Assembly: GCA_965243135.1 (NCBI GenBank)
Contig: OZ251539.1
Location: 800,001-864,000, forward strand
From: Alphaproteobacteria bacterium
GTDB taxonomy: Bacteria > Pseudomonadota > Alphaproteobacteria > MPNO01 > UBA830
DNA: 64,000 nt
Reading direction: 5' to 3'
Positions within the stretch are counted from its first letter, which is position 1; each line of letters starts with the position of its first letter. The position numbers were made by a program, and so were the translations under genes. The notes beneath the pieces were generated by a model. The model was not told the origin of the DNA, did not search any database, and worked only from the letters and a program-made list of their open reading frames with translations. Of this stretch, positions 38,921 to 48,503 are shown one piece after another.

Positions 38921-39661
38921 TCAGGCGGGAAGCGCGTCGCGGATCGCTTCGCGGCGCACCTCCACGTTCCCGGTTCCGGTCAGCCGCGCCAGATTGACGG
39001 TTTTCGCGGTGTCGGGAGAACCCGAGTAGTGCGCCTGCGCGCCGCCGCCGCCAACGCGCCGGGGCAGGTTCCAGTGACCCAGCGCCACGTAATCCGCGTC
39101 GGCGGCGTCGACCTCGTCGCTGGAAATCAGCCACGAAGGCGCCGGCGTTCCGTCGGGAGGCTTCCTTTCGACGAAATGGCCGTGGGCCGCCGCGACGTGC
39201 CACCGCGTCGCGCGCGGCCGGGGATCCGCCAGCGGGGCCATGTCGTCGTAGCCTCTGTGCGGCCGTCCCCAGACCGTCAGGTCGAAATCCGCGAAACGAA
39301 CCGCCTCCTCGTCCGCTCCCAGCACGTGAACGCCGTCGATGCCCGCCAGGCCGCCGCGGAGCCAGACGGAGCCCGGCATCAGCGGGTCGTGATTTCCCGG
39401 CAACATCACCACCGGGAAGGGCGCGTCGGCGAGAATGCCCGCGGTTCGGCGCAGGAGGTCCATGGGGAGGCGGTTGTGTTCGAACACGTCGCCGCTCAAC
39501 AGGACGAGATCCGCGGCGGCCGCGCGCGCCGTTTTCAGCACGGCGGCGAGGGGCGCGGTCCCGTCGCCTCCCCAGGCTCGGGCCGTATAGGCGTCGTCGA
39601 TATGCAGATCCGAACTGTGGACGATCACGATGTCCGGCGGCGTTCGCGCATTGGTGCTCAT
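38921..39661 (-). CDS. Metallophosphoesterase (SbcD/Mre11-like nuclease domain only)
   Basis: SDLH, GDVFE, PGNHD, AHGH, YVALGHW, YSGSP. Confidence 0.85.
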   Translation of the reverse strand: MSTNARTPPDIVIVHSSDLHIDDAYTARAWGGDGTAPLAAVLKTARAAAADLVLLSGDVFEHNRLPMDLLRRTAGILADAPFPVVMLPGNHDPLMPGSVWLRGGLAGIDGVHVLGADEEAVRFADFDLTVWGRPHRGYDDMAPLADPRPRATRWHVAAAHGHFVERKPPDGTPAPSWLISSDEVDAADADYVALGHWNLPRRVGGGGAQAHYSGSPDTAKTVNLARLTGTGNVEVRREAIRDALPA

Positions 39662-39733
39662 GAGGACGATCGGCGCATGGAAAGCTTTGCATCTATACTC
39701 GTCCGGTCCGCGATATTCAAAGGGAGGCGCGCG

Positions 39734-40557
39734 ATGACGAGCGCCGGAAAACTTCTCGAAGAGCGCTACGGTCGTCCGGCGGACGCGCCGGAAGCGGTTT
39801 CCGAGACCATCTCGGGCATTCTGTCGCGGCGTTGCATCAGGCGCTACGCCGACCGTCCGGTGCCGCTCGCATTGCTCGACACGTTGCTTGCCTGCGCCCA
39901 ATCGGCGCCGTCCAAGTCGGATTTGCAGCAATACTCGATCGTCGTGACCGAAGAGCGCGAGGGGCTTCTGCGCCTCGCTCGACTGTGTCCCGGAAACGGC
40001 CACGTGAAGCGTTCGCGGCGTTCGTCACCTTCTGCGCCGACATCCGCCGCATGCGGCGGATCGCCGAGATGCGGGGCTATCCCTTCGCCGGCGACGGCAT
40101 GGACGGTTTTTTCAATGCGGCGGTGGACGCCGCCGTGGCCATGCAATGCTTCGTCGCCGCCGCGGAATCGGCAGGCCGCGCGCCCATCAGCGAAGTGCGA
40201 AACAGCATCGCGGAGTTTTCGGCTGCGCTGAGCCTGCCGCGAGGCGTCTTTCCGGTGGCCGGCGTAACCCTCGGCTGGCCGGCGTGGGACGGGCGAACGA
40301 GCGCCCGGTTGCCGCCCGAGGTCGTGGTTCATCGGGAACGGTACGACGACGCCGGTCTCGAGGAGGCCGTCGACGCGTACAATGCCCGCCCCCGCGAAGC
40401 CGGTCCCCCGGAGCGTCAGAACCGCGTCGACAGGTACGGCGTCTCGGAGCGTTGCACTTGGTCGGAGAACGCGGCGCGCCAGCTGTCGGTCGCGGAACGT
40501 CCCGAGTTCCTCGGTTTTCTGGTCGGGCACGGCTTCGCCATCGATTCGAACGCCTGA
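39734..40557 (+). pseudogene. NfsA/FRP-like nitroreductase with frameshift near 40005
   Basis: 5' frame RRCIRRY...AQSAPSKSDLQQYS; 3' frame FCADIRR, NAAVDAA, RLPPEVVVH; frames differ. Confidence 0.8.
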
Positions 40558-40700
40558 CGCGCCCGGCCGCCGGCCGTTTTCGAGTCGGGAACGCCGTTGG
40601 GGAAGATTTCGCGCCGAGAGCCGGGCGAGCGGACGCCCCGTTGGGGCGAACCCGCCCGTTCTTCCGTTCCGTCGTCCTCGCGCCTGCGCGGCGGGCCGGC

Positions 40701-41264
40701 TCAGCGGCGGTAGTTGTACAGCGCGCCGCCGTCGAACATCGTGTTGCCGTTGACCGACTTTTCCGGGATCGGGCGCTGGAGGACATCCCAGTGCTCGACG
40801 ATCTTGCCGTTCTCGAGGCGGAATATGTCGATCACCGCGCCGGATCCCGGAGCCCAGTCGTTGCCCCGGTCCTGCTTGCGGGCGGTGTAATGCGAGTGGA
40901 CGGCCACCAGATCCTTTTCCGCCACGATCCGTTTGACGTCCGCGTGGATTTCCGGGAACTGCTGGAACATGCCGCCGAACAGGCGTTTGAGGCCTTCCCG
41001 GCCGTTCGGTTCGGTCGGATTGTGGGCGATCCAGTCCTCGACCATTATTTCGTCGAGAAGATCCAGTTTTCGCTGGTTGACGACTTCCTGCATGTAGCGA
41101 AGCACGACCGCCCGGTTCCGGTCCTCCACGGTTGTTCCGCCCGTCGTCTGGGCCGTCGTCTGGGCCGTCGTCTGGACGGAGTATCCGGCCAGAACGGCGA
41201 GCGCGACCCCCGCCAGCGCGATTCGAAAGCTTCGTCGATTTCCGGTCTTTGCGTTGCCGCGCAT
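40701..41264 (-). CDS. Secreted SnoaL-like / NTF2-fold protein
   Basis: N-terminal signal-like helix; IAHNP, AEKDLVAVH, DIFRLENGKIVEHWDV. Confidence 0.85.
   Translation of the reverse strand: MRGNAKTGNRRSFRIALAGVALAVLAGYSVQTTAQTTAQTTGGTTVEDRNRAVVLRYMQEVVNQRKLDLLDEIMVEDWIAHNPTEPNGREGLKRLFGGMFQQFPEIHADVKRIVAEKDLVAVHSHYTARKQDRGNDWAPGSGAVIDIFRLENGKIVEHWDVLQRPIPEKSVNGNTMFDGGALYNYRR
41141..41175. repeat. 12-bp in-frame tandem repeat (ccgtcgtctggg x~3; QTTA) after the signal peptide
   Basis: Read directly. Confidence 0.8.
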
Positions 41265-41442
41265 CTGCGCCTCCCTCGTTCCGGTCTGGTCGAGGTTATA
41301 TGAGTAGCGGGCTGGCGGACGTCAAGCTGCCGGTCGTTCGCGTCGGAGAAGAACTCCGGGGAAATCCGGCTTCCTCCGCACCGGTTTCGTCGCGCCGAAA
41401 AACTGTCTAGTCTTGGTGCCGTGGCGGAACCGGGGAGCGCCC

Positions 41443-42477
41443 ATGCCTGCCGTCGAATTCGGCGTTTTCGATCATCTCGACCGGCGGCCCGGCACGGCGC
41501 TGGGCCGCACTTACGAAGATCGCCTCCGGTTGATCGAACAGTACGACCGGGCCGGCTTCTACGCCTATCACCTCGCCGAACACCATGCGACGCCGCTTAC
41601 GATGGCGCCGGCGCCGAGCGTGTTTCTTTCCGCGGTCTGCCAGCGCACCCGGCGCCTGAAGTTCGGGCCCATGGTCTACGTTCTTCCCATGTACCATCCG
41701 CTGCGGCTCGTCGAAGAGGTCTCCATGCTCGACCAACTCTCCGGCGGACGGTTTCTCTTCGGGGTCGGAAAGGGCATTACGCCCTACGAGCTCTCCTATT
41801 ACGGCGTCGATCCGGCGAAAGCGCGGCCGCTCTACGAGGAGATTCTCGATATCGCCCTGACTGCGTTCGACGAGCGGCTCGGCTCGCTCAGCTGGGAGGG
41901 GCCGCATTTCCGGTTCAGCGACGTGCCGATCAATCTCCATCCGGTTCAGCAGCCCGCCCCGCCGATATGGGTCGGCATCGGCACCGAGGACGGCGCGGAG
42001 GCGGCGGGCGCGCGCGGATTCAACGTCATGGCGAACACGCCGCTCTCGCGCACGGCGGAACTTATGGCGCGGTACCGCGAAGCCCATGCCGCCGCCCGCG
42101 GCGAGGCCCTTCCGAAGATGGCGCTATGCCGGCATACCTACGTCGCGGAAACCGACGCCGAGGCGGAACGCGTCCTGCGCGAGGCGTATCCCGCCTGGTA
42201 CCGGCATTTCGTCCAGCTCTGGAGGAAGCACGGAGACAGCCCGGTGGTCGCCGCCTACGCGGAGGACTTCGACGAGACGGCCGAAAAGGACCTGTTGCTC
42301 TTCGGTTCGCCGGCGACCGTCAGGGCCGAGATCGAACGTTGCCTCGAAACCTCCGGCACCAACTACTTCGTCTGCCGTTTCGCCTACGGATCGCTGACCT
42401 ACGGCCAGTCGCGCGCCGCCCTCGACGCCTTCGTCGAAGAGGTGATGCCCTGTTTCGCCGCGGAGCGGGCCGCATGA
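41443..42477 (+). CDS. Luciferase-like (LLM class) flavin-dependent oxidoreductase
   Basis: FGVFDHLD, LAEHH, HPLRLVEEVSMLDQLSGGR, PVQQPAPPIW. Confidence 0.92.
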   Translation: MPAVEFGVFDHLDRRPGTALGRTYEDRLRLIEQYDRAGFYAYHLAEHHATPLTMAPAPSVFLSAVCQRTRRLKFGPMVYVLPMYHPLRLVEEVSMLDQLSGGRFLFGVGKGITPYELSYYGVDPAKARPLYEEILDIALTAFDERLGSLSWEGPHFRFSDVPINLHPVQQPAPPIWVGIGTEDGAEAAGARGFNVMANTPLSRTAELMARYREAHAAARGEALPKMALCRHTYVAETDAEAERVLREAYPAWYRHFVQLWRKHGDSPVVAAYAEDFDETAEKDLLLFGSPATVRAEIERCLETSGTNYFVCRFAYGSLTYGQSRAALDAFVEEVMPCFAAERAA

Positions 42478-43157
42478 TTTTCGAACGCCGCGCCTACACC
42501 ATGGATCCCGGTCGCGTGCCTGCCTTCGACCGCGCCCAGACGGATCGCGGATTCGACCTCGTGAAGCCCTTCATGGAGCGTCTCGTCGGTTATTTTTCCA
42601 CCCGCGGCGGACCGGCCGACCAGATCGTGCATTTGTACCGTTACGACGATCTCGAGGACTGGAACGCCCGCCTGCGCGGTCTATACGGCGTGCCGGAGCT
42701 CGCGCCCTACTTCGTCAACACCCGCAAGATGGTTCGCAGGCAGGAGAACGGCTTCTTCGAATTGCTGCCGTTCGCGGCGCTCAATCCGCTGTGGGGCGAG
42801 GGCCGCGACTGGCTGCCGGGCAGCGGCGGGCCTCTGGCTCCGCTCGACGGCGACCTGGTCGTCGAGGAGCGGAACTTCCAGCTTCGGCCGGGCGGCGTTC
42901 CCGCCTTCGTCGACGCCTGCGAATCCGGCGTGCCGCTCATGGAGGATCGCGCCATCGGCGCCTTCGTGTCCATGGTCGGGTCGCTGCATCGGGTGGTTCT
43001 CTGGCGTTGGTTCCGGAACGAGGCGGAACGCGCGGAGCGGTACGCGGCGGCCGATTGGCGGCAATTCCTGGAATCGGTCGCTCCCGTGGTGAGCGACCGG
43101 TCGACCCTGCTGATGACGCCCCGGCCGATTCCGCAGATGTCCCCGCTTTTCTCATGA
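42474..43157 (+). CDS. Two-domain NIPSNAP family protein
   Basis: Two repeats (FERRAY...VHLYRY; EERNF...VVLWRW); ATGA-coupled to LLM. Confidence 0.8.
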   Translation: MIFERRAYTMDPGRVPAFDRAQTDRGFDLVKPFMERLVGYFSTRGGPADQIVHLYRYDDLEDWNARLRGLYGVPELAPYFVNTRKMVRRQENGFFELLPFAALNPLWGEGRDWLPGSGGPLAPLDGDLVVEERNFQLRPGGVPAFVDACESGVPLMEDRAIGAFVSMVGSLHRVVLWRWFRNEAERAERYAAADWRQFLESVAPVVSDRSTLLMTPRPIPQMSPLFS

Positions 43158-43209
43158 CGGCGCGCGGCGGCGCGTTTCCGGGGCGCGGGATCGCAACGGA
43201 GAGCGGAAA

Positions 43210-44244
43210 ATGACGTTCGTCCGCGACGCTTGGTACGTTGCGAGCTGGTCCCGGGACCTTGGTCCGGCGCCGCTGGCGGCGACCGTTCTCGGCGAGGACG
43301 TCGTGCTCTGGCGGGGCGCGGACGGGAGGCCGCGCGCCGTCGAGGATATTTGTCCGCATCGCTTTCTTCCGCTCTCGAAGGGCCGCGTGCGGGGCGACGA
43401 TCTCCAGTGCGGTTATCACGGGCTCGTTTTCGACGGTTCCGGCTCCTGCGTTCACGCCCCGACCCAGGAAACCCCTCCCTCCGGCTGCGCGCTTCGCGCC
43501 TATCCGGTCGCCGAACGCATGGGGCTGATCTGGATCTGGACGGGCGATCCGAAACTTGCGGAAACCGCGGATATCTACGATTTGCCGCAGTATCGCATGG
43601 AAGGCTGGGGAGTCGCGCACGGCGACGCGCTTGAGGTCGAAGCGAACTACCTGTTGTTGTGCGACAACCTGTGCGATCCCACGCACGTCAATTACGTTCA
43701 CCCGTCGACGCTGGGAAACCCCGACGAGATCAACGCGCCGGTGACCTACAGGGAAACCTCGTGGGGCGTGGCGACCGAACGCCTGACGCCCGATTCCGCC
43801 CCGACCGGATTCGTCCGCGCCTTCGCCGGAGACCTGGAGCGGATCGATCTGTGGCAGCGCTATCTTATGTACGTGCCGTCGGTGTCGATCATCGATTTCG
43901 GCGCGGCGGCGGCCGGCACCGGCGGTTTCGAAGGAGGCGGAGAGGCGCGGATTCAGGTCTATTCCTGCCATTTCATGACTCCGGTGACCGAAGGGCGCAC
44001 GATCGACCGCTGGCTGCACGTGCGCAATTTCGGGGCCGACGACGAGGCGGTGGGGGAGGCGATCAGCCGCCAGTTCCGCATCGCCTTCGCCGAGGACAAG
44101 GAAATTCTCGAAGCCGTTCAGGCTCGCGAGGACCGCCATCCCGGCCGCATGAAGACGGGCCTCGACCTGGACGCGTCGGCCGGCCTGTTCCGGCGCAGGA
44201 TCGACCGCCTGCTCCGCGCCCAAGCGCGCGCAGGCGCGTCGTGA
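43210..44244 (+). CDS. Rieske non-heme iron oxygenase alpha subunit (VanA-like)
   Basis: CPHR...CGYHG; NLCDPTHVNYVH; FAED. Confidence 0.92.
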   Translation: MTFVRDAWYVASWSRDLGPAPLAATVLGEDVVLWRGADGRPRAVEDICPHRFLPLSKGRVRGDDLQCGYHGLVFDGSGSCVHAPTQETPPSGCALRAYPVAERMGLIWIWTGDPKLAETADIYDLPQYRMEGWGVAHGDALEVEANYLLLCDNLCDPTHVNYVHPSTLGNPDEINAPVTYRETSWGVATERLTPDSAPTGFVRAFAGDLERIDLWQRYLMYVPSVSIIDFGAAAAGTGGFEGGGEARIQVYSCHFMTPVTEGRTIDRWLHVRNFGADDEAVGEAISRQFRIAFAEDKEILEAVQAREDRHPGRMKTGLDLDASAGLFRRRIDRLLRAQARAGAS

Positions 44245-44813
44245 TCCGCGTCGCCGGACCGCGACGGCATGGGCGGAGAGTCGGGGCCAGCTCGCCGCCG
44301 GGGGGTCTTCCTGGCCGCGACCGCCGCGTTCGCCGAAGAGGCCGGGAACCGGTCGGGTCTGCAACCGGCTGAATTACGTCGACAGGGCGACCGGCGCGGA
44401 TGCCGGCGGCGGTTTACGAAACTTGCGGCTCCGGCGACGTTCTCGAACGGAGGCCGTCGGCGGGCGGCGCCCGGCGCGACGCGGTCGTGCCGAGCGGGAC
44501 CATGCTCGCCGGCCGGCCTGTTTCGGGCGCTGGACAGGAGGCGAACGTTCGCACGGGCGCGTAAGGGCGCGGGATCGGCAGAACGACCGCGGCATGCCGT
44601 AGGGCGCGACGGGCTTCGCCCGGGCGGCGAACGCGACCCGCCAGCCCGCTCCCGGCAGTTCGACCCGGGTTCGTTTCCGCTGTCCGCGCCGGGGCGTTTT
44701 TCCGCGCGGCCGTCGTTTTTTTTCGCCGAGCCTATCGCTCGTCCGGCGGGCGGCCCGGTTTCCGAATCGCCTGAACTTATGATAACTGCGATCAGCCTCC
44801 CGCGAGTTCTGCG

Positions 44814-45581
44814 ATGCCGGTTTCCGCTTTTTCCTTGCGCCCGCGGCGCGAATGGGCCCTGTTTCTCGACGTGGACGGGACCTTGCTCCACTTCGCGGAC
44901 ACTCCCGACGGAGTTCGGCGCAGCGAACGCGTGTGCCGGATTCTCGAAGCGCTCGGCCCCTGCCTCGACGGCGCCCTAGCTTTGGTCAGCGGACGGCCGA
45001 TCGAGGTCCTGGACGGCTTGTTCGCGCCGCACAGGTTGCCGGTTGCCGGCCAGCACGGGCTGCAGCGCCGCGACGCCCTGGGCCGTCGGCACGATGCCGC
45101 CGTCCCGGATGCGATTGGCCGGCTCCGGTCGCCGCTGAACGAACTGGCCCGCAACGCTCCGGGGGCGATTCTCGAGCGGAAGTCTCATGCGTTGGCCCTT
45201 CATTATCGACGGACTCCCGGCAAGGCGGTAGAGTTGAGGAGCGCCGTGAACGATCTGGTTCGAAGCTCGGCGCCCGAACTGCAGATCGTGCACGGCAGCA
45301 TGGTGATCGAGATCAAGCCGCGCAACGCGGACAAGGGATCGGCCATACGGGAATTCATGAAGGAAGCGCCGTTTTCGGGAAGATCGCCGGTCTTCATCGG
45401 CGACGACACCACCGACGAGGACGGCTTCGCCTGCGTCAACGCGTTGAACGGGCACGCGATACGGGTCGGACAAGCGAACGGAACCGCCGCGCGCTACCGT
45501 CTTCCGGGCGTCGACGAAGTCGTGAACTGGCTGGCGGCCTGGCCCCGGCTCCTGCGGAAGGACGACGATGAGCAGCCTTGA
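44814..45581 (+). CDS. otsB: Trehalose-6-phosphate phosphatase
   Basis: HAD motifs FLDVDGTL, VSGR, GQHG, LHYR, DKG, IGDDTTDEDGF. Confidence 0.92.
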   Translation: MPVSAFSLRPRREWALFLDVDGTLLHFADTPDGVRRSERVCRILEALGPCLDGALALVSGRPIEVLDGLFAPHRLPVAGQHGLQRRDALGRRHDAAVPDAIGRLRSPLNELARNAPGAILERKSHALALHYRRTPGKAVELRSAVNDLVRSSAPELQIVHGSMVIEIKPRNADKGSAIREFMKEAPFSGRSPVFIGDDTTDEDGFACVNALNGHAIRVGQANGTAARYRLPGVDEVVNWLAAWPRLLRKDDDEQP

Positions 45582-47376
45582 TCTCGCCGTTATCGGCAAC
45601 TGCAGTTTCAGCGCGCTGGTGGACCCGCTGGCGCGAGTCGTATGGTGCTGTCTGCCGCGCTTCGACGGCGATCCGCGGTTCAGCGGGCTTCTTCAGGATC
45701 CGGAGGACGACGGCTACAGCGCCTTCGCCGTGGAAATGCTGGAGTTCGCGGGGTCGAGTCAGCGCTACCGCCGGAATTCCGCGATCGTCGAGACGTTCCT
45801 TCGAGGCAGGGACGGCTCGCTGATCCAGGTGATCGACTTCGCGCCGCGCTTCAAGCAGTACGGGCGGATGTTCCGTCCCGCCACGCTGATGCGGCAGGTG
45901 GTGCCGTTGTTCGGCACTCCGCGCATCCGGGTGCGGGTGCGGCCGACCTACGATCACGGCCGGGGCCGGCCGCAAAGCACGAGCGGCTCGAACCACGTGC
46001 GCTACCCCATGCCGGACCTTACGCTTCGCCTTACGACCGATGCGCCGGTGACCTACGTGACCGACGAAATCCCCTTCATTCTGGAGCATCCTCTCACCTT
46101 CATTCTGGGGGGCGACGAATCGTTGACCGGTCCGGTCGCGGAGACATTTCGCGATTTCTTCGAGCGGACGGACGACTACTGGAGGGAATGGACCCGTTAT
46201 CTTGCGCTCCCGTTCGAATGGCAGGACGCGGTGGTGCGCGCCGCGATCACGCTGAAGCTCTCCAATTTCGAGGAAACGGGGGCCGTCATCGCGGCGCCCA
46301 CCACCTCGATTCCCGAGGCTCCCGGGAGCGGGCGCAACTGGGACTACCGGTATTGCTGGCTGAGGGATTCCTACTTCGTGGTGGATGCGCTCAACGCCTT
46401 GGGCGTGACGCGGACGATGGAGGGGTATCTCAACTACATCATGAACATCACGGAGGCTTCCCGGAACGGGGCGCTGCAGCCGGTGTTCGGAATCACGCAG
46501 AGCGCGCGGCTCGACGAAAAGGAGGTCGACTCGCTGCCCGGCTACCGCGGCATGGGTCCGGTGAGGATCGGCAACGACGCCTACCGGCAGATCCAGAACG
46601 ACGGGTACGGATCCGCGATCCTTTCCTGCGCGCAGATGTTCTTCGACATGCGCCTGACGCGGACCGGCGACGAGGCCCTGTTCCGCCGCCTGGAGGCTCT
46701 GGGCGAGCGCGCGGCGGAGTTGTGGGATCAGCCCGACGCGGGCATCTGGGAACTGCGCAACCGGGAAGAGGTTCATACCTATTCGAGCGTGATCTGCTGG
46801 GCGGGATGCGACCGACTCGCCCGGATCGCCGCGCGGCTGGGATTGAAGGAGCGCGCCGCCTACTGGTCGCGCACCGCCGCCGGCATGCGCGAAAAGATCG
46901 CCGCCGCCGCGTGGAACGCGGATATCGACAGCTTCGCCTCGACCTTCGGCGGCAGCGCGGTCGACGCGGTGCTGCTCCTGCTGCCGCAGCTGGGGTTCCT
47001 GTCGGGCGACGATCCCCGCTTCGCGGGCACGGTGAGACGGATCGAGCGGGAGCTTCGACGCGGCGATCACGTGTTCCGTTACGCCGTGGCGGACGACTTC
47101 GGCCGGCCGGAGGTCGCGTTCAACGCCTGCACCTTCTGGTACATCGACGCCCTGGCGACGATCGGACGAAGGGACGAGGCTCGGCGACTGTTCGAGAACA
47201 TGCTCGCCTCGCGCAATCCCGTGGGGCTGCTCTCCGAAGACATCGATCCCGATACGGGAGAGCTGTGGGGCAATTTCCCGCAGACCTACTCGATGGTCGG
47301 CCTGATCCATTCCGCCGTGAAGCTGTCGATTTCCTGGGAGGACGCGTTTCGTCAGCCGCCCGAGGCGGCGAACTGA
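45568..47376 (+). CDS. Glycoside hydrolase family 15 (trehalase-like)
   Basis: AAPTTSIPE, RNWDYRYCWLRD, GIWELR, LLSED, GNFPQTYS. Confidence 0.92.
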   Translation: MSSLDLAVIGNCSFSALVDPLARVVWCCLPRFDGDPRFSGLLQDPEDDGYSAFAVEMLEFAGSSQRYRRNSAIVETFLRGRDGSLIQVIDFAPRFKQYGRMFRPATLMRQVVPLFGTPRIRVRVRPTYDHGRGRPQSTSGSNHVRYPMPDLTLRLTTDAPVTYVTDEIPFILEHPLTFILGGDESLTGPVAETFRDFFERTDDYWREWTRYLALPFEWQDAVVRAAITLKLSNFEETGAVIAAPTTSIPEAPGSGRNWDYRYCWLRDSYFVVDALNALGVTRTMEGYLNYIMNITEASRNGALQPVFGITQSARLDEKEVDSLPGYRGMGPVRIGNDAYRQIQNDGYGSAILSCAQMFFDMRLTRTGDEALFRRLEALGERAAELWDQPDAGIWELRNREEVHTYSSVICWAGCDRLARIAARLGLKERAAYWSRTAAGMREKIAAAAWNADIDSFASTFGGSAVDAVLLLLPQLGFLSGDDPRFAGTVRRIERELRRGDHVFRYAVADDFGRPEVAFNACTFWYIDALATIGRRDEARRLFENMLASRNPVGLLSEDIDPDTGELWGNFPQTYSMVGLIHSAVKLSISWEDAFRQPPEAAN

Positions 47377-47388
47377 GGGAATCGCGAG

Positions 47389-48330
47389 TTGCCTCCGTTC
47401 CTGGTCGCCGACGTCGGCGGCACCAACGCGCGTTTCGCCCTGGCGGACGACCGCGGATTCGGCGACGTGACCACTTTCGCGACGGAGTCGTTCGACGGCC
47501 CCGCGAGCGCGATTCGCGCTTTTCTCGGCGGCGCCGCGCCGCGCGCGGCGGCGATCGCCTGCGCCGGGCCGGTGGAGAACGGGAGCGCGCGGTTGACGAA
47601 CGCCGGCTGGCTCGTGGACGCCGCCCTGCTCCGCGCCGAACTCGGCGTCGAAGACGTCGTCGTGATCAACGATTTCGCGGCCGTCGCATGGGCGATCCCC
47701 GAACTGGCGGAAGAGGACGTCGTCGCGGTCGGACGGGGCGTCGCGGAGCCCGGCGCGCCCGCGCTGGCGCTGGGGGCCGGAACCGGATTGGGGGTGGCGG
47801 CCTACGTGCCCTGCGGCGACGCCGCGACGGTGGTTTCGGGCGAGGGGGGCCACGTGACCATGCCGGCCTCGACGGAGCGGGAATCCGAAATGCTCTCCGC
47901 GTTCCGGCGGCGGCTGGGCCACGTTTCCGCCGAGCGGCTGCTGTCCGGCGACGGTCTGGCGCGGCTTCACGAATGGCACGGCGGCCCGCCGGGGCGCAGT
48001 CCGGCCGAGATCACGGACGCCGCGGCGAGCGACGCCGACATCGTGGCGCGCCAGGCGTTGAACGCTTTCTGCGCCATGTTCGGGACGGTCGCCGGCGATC
48101 TTGCGCTGGCCTTCGGCGCGCGCGGCGGCGTCTATATCGCGGGAGGAATCGTTCCCCGGATCGCGGACTATTTCGCCGCGTCCGAGTTCCGGCGGCGCTT
48201 CGAGGCCAAGGGCCGCTTCCAGGACTATCTCGCCGGCATACCGACGCGGATCGTGCGTCATCCGCACCCCGCTCTCGCGGGGCTGACCGGGTTGCTCGGG
48301 AAGAAAATGCGCGATTTTCCGGCCGCCTGA
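47389..48330 (+). CDS. glk: Glucokinase
   Basis: ADVGGTNARF, INDF, GAGTGLG, GEGGH, SAERLLSG, GGVYIAGGI, FEAKGRF. Confidence 0.92.
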   Translation: MPPFLVADVGGTNARFALADDRGFGDVTTFATESFDGPASAIRAFLGGAAPRAAAIACAGPVENGSARLTNAGWLVDAALLRAELGVEDVVVINDFAAVAWAIPELAEEDVVAVGRGVAEPGAPALALGAGTGLGVAAYVPCGDAATVVSGEGGHVTMPASTERESEMLSAFRRRLGHVSAERLLSGDGLARLHEWHGGPPGRSPAEITDAAASDADIVARQALNAFCAMFGTVAGDLALAFGARGGVYIAGGIVPRIADYFAASEFRRRFEAKGRFQDYLAGIPTRIVRHPHPALAGLTGLLGKKMRDFPAA

Positions 48331-48503
48331 CGCTCCGGCCGCGGAACGCGCCGCTCGACCGTCGCGCTCCGGCCGCGCCGCCCGGCGGCCGGCTGGAGCC
48401 GCGCGTTTCGCCGGGCGCCGCCGCTTGTCGCTCCGCATGCGAATCGCCGGGCGCGCATATTGAAGGCGAGCGCGTATATTGAAGGAAGGAGCGGCCCGCC
48501 GGA

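Noticed and set aside
38921-39661. SbcCD nuclease system
   Set aside because: Only a short phosphoesterase domain; no SbcC/SMC ATPase nearby.
18697-44427. Shared motif gtttacgaa(g/a)cttgcg in two long spacers (~18700 and ~44412)
   Set aside because: Only two instances, and the spacing does not fit a sigma-54 promoter; insufficient support.
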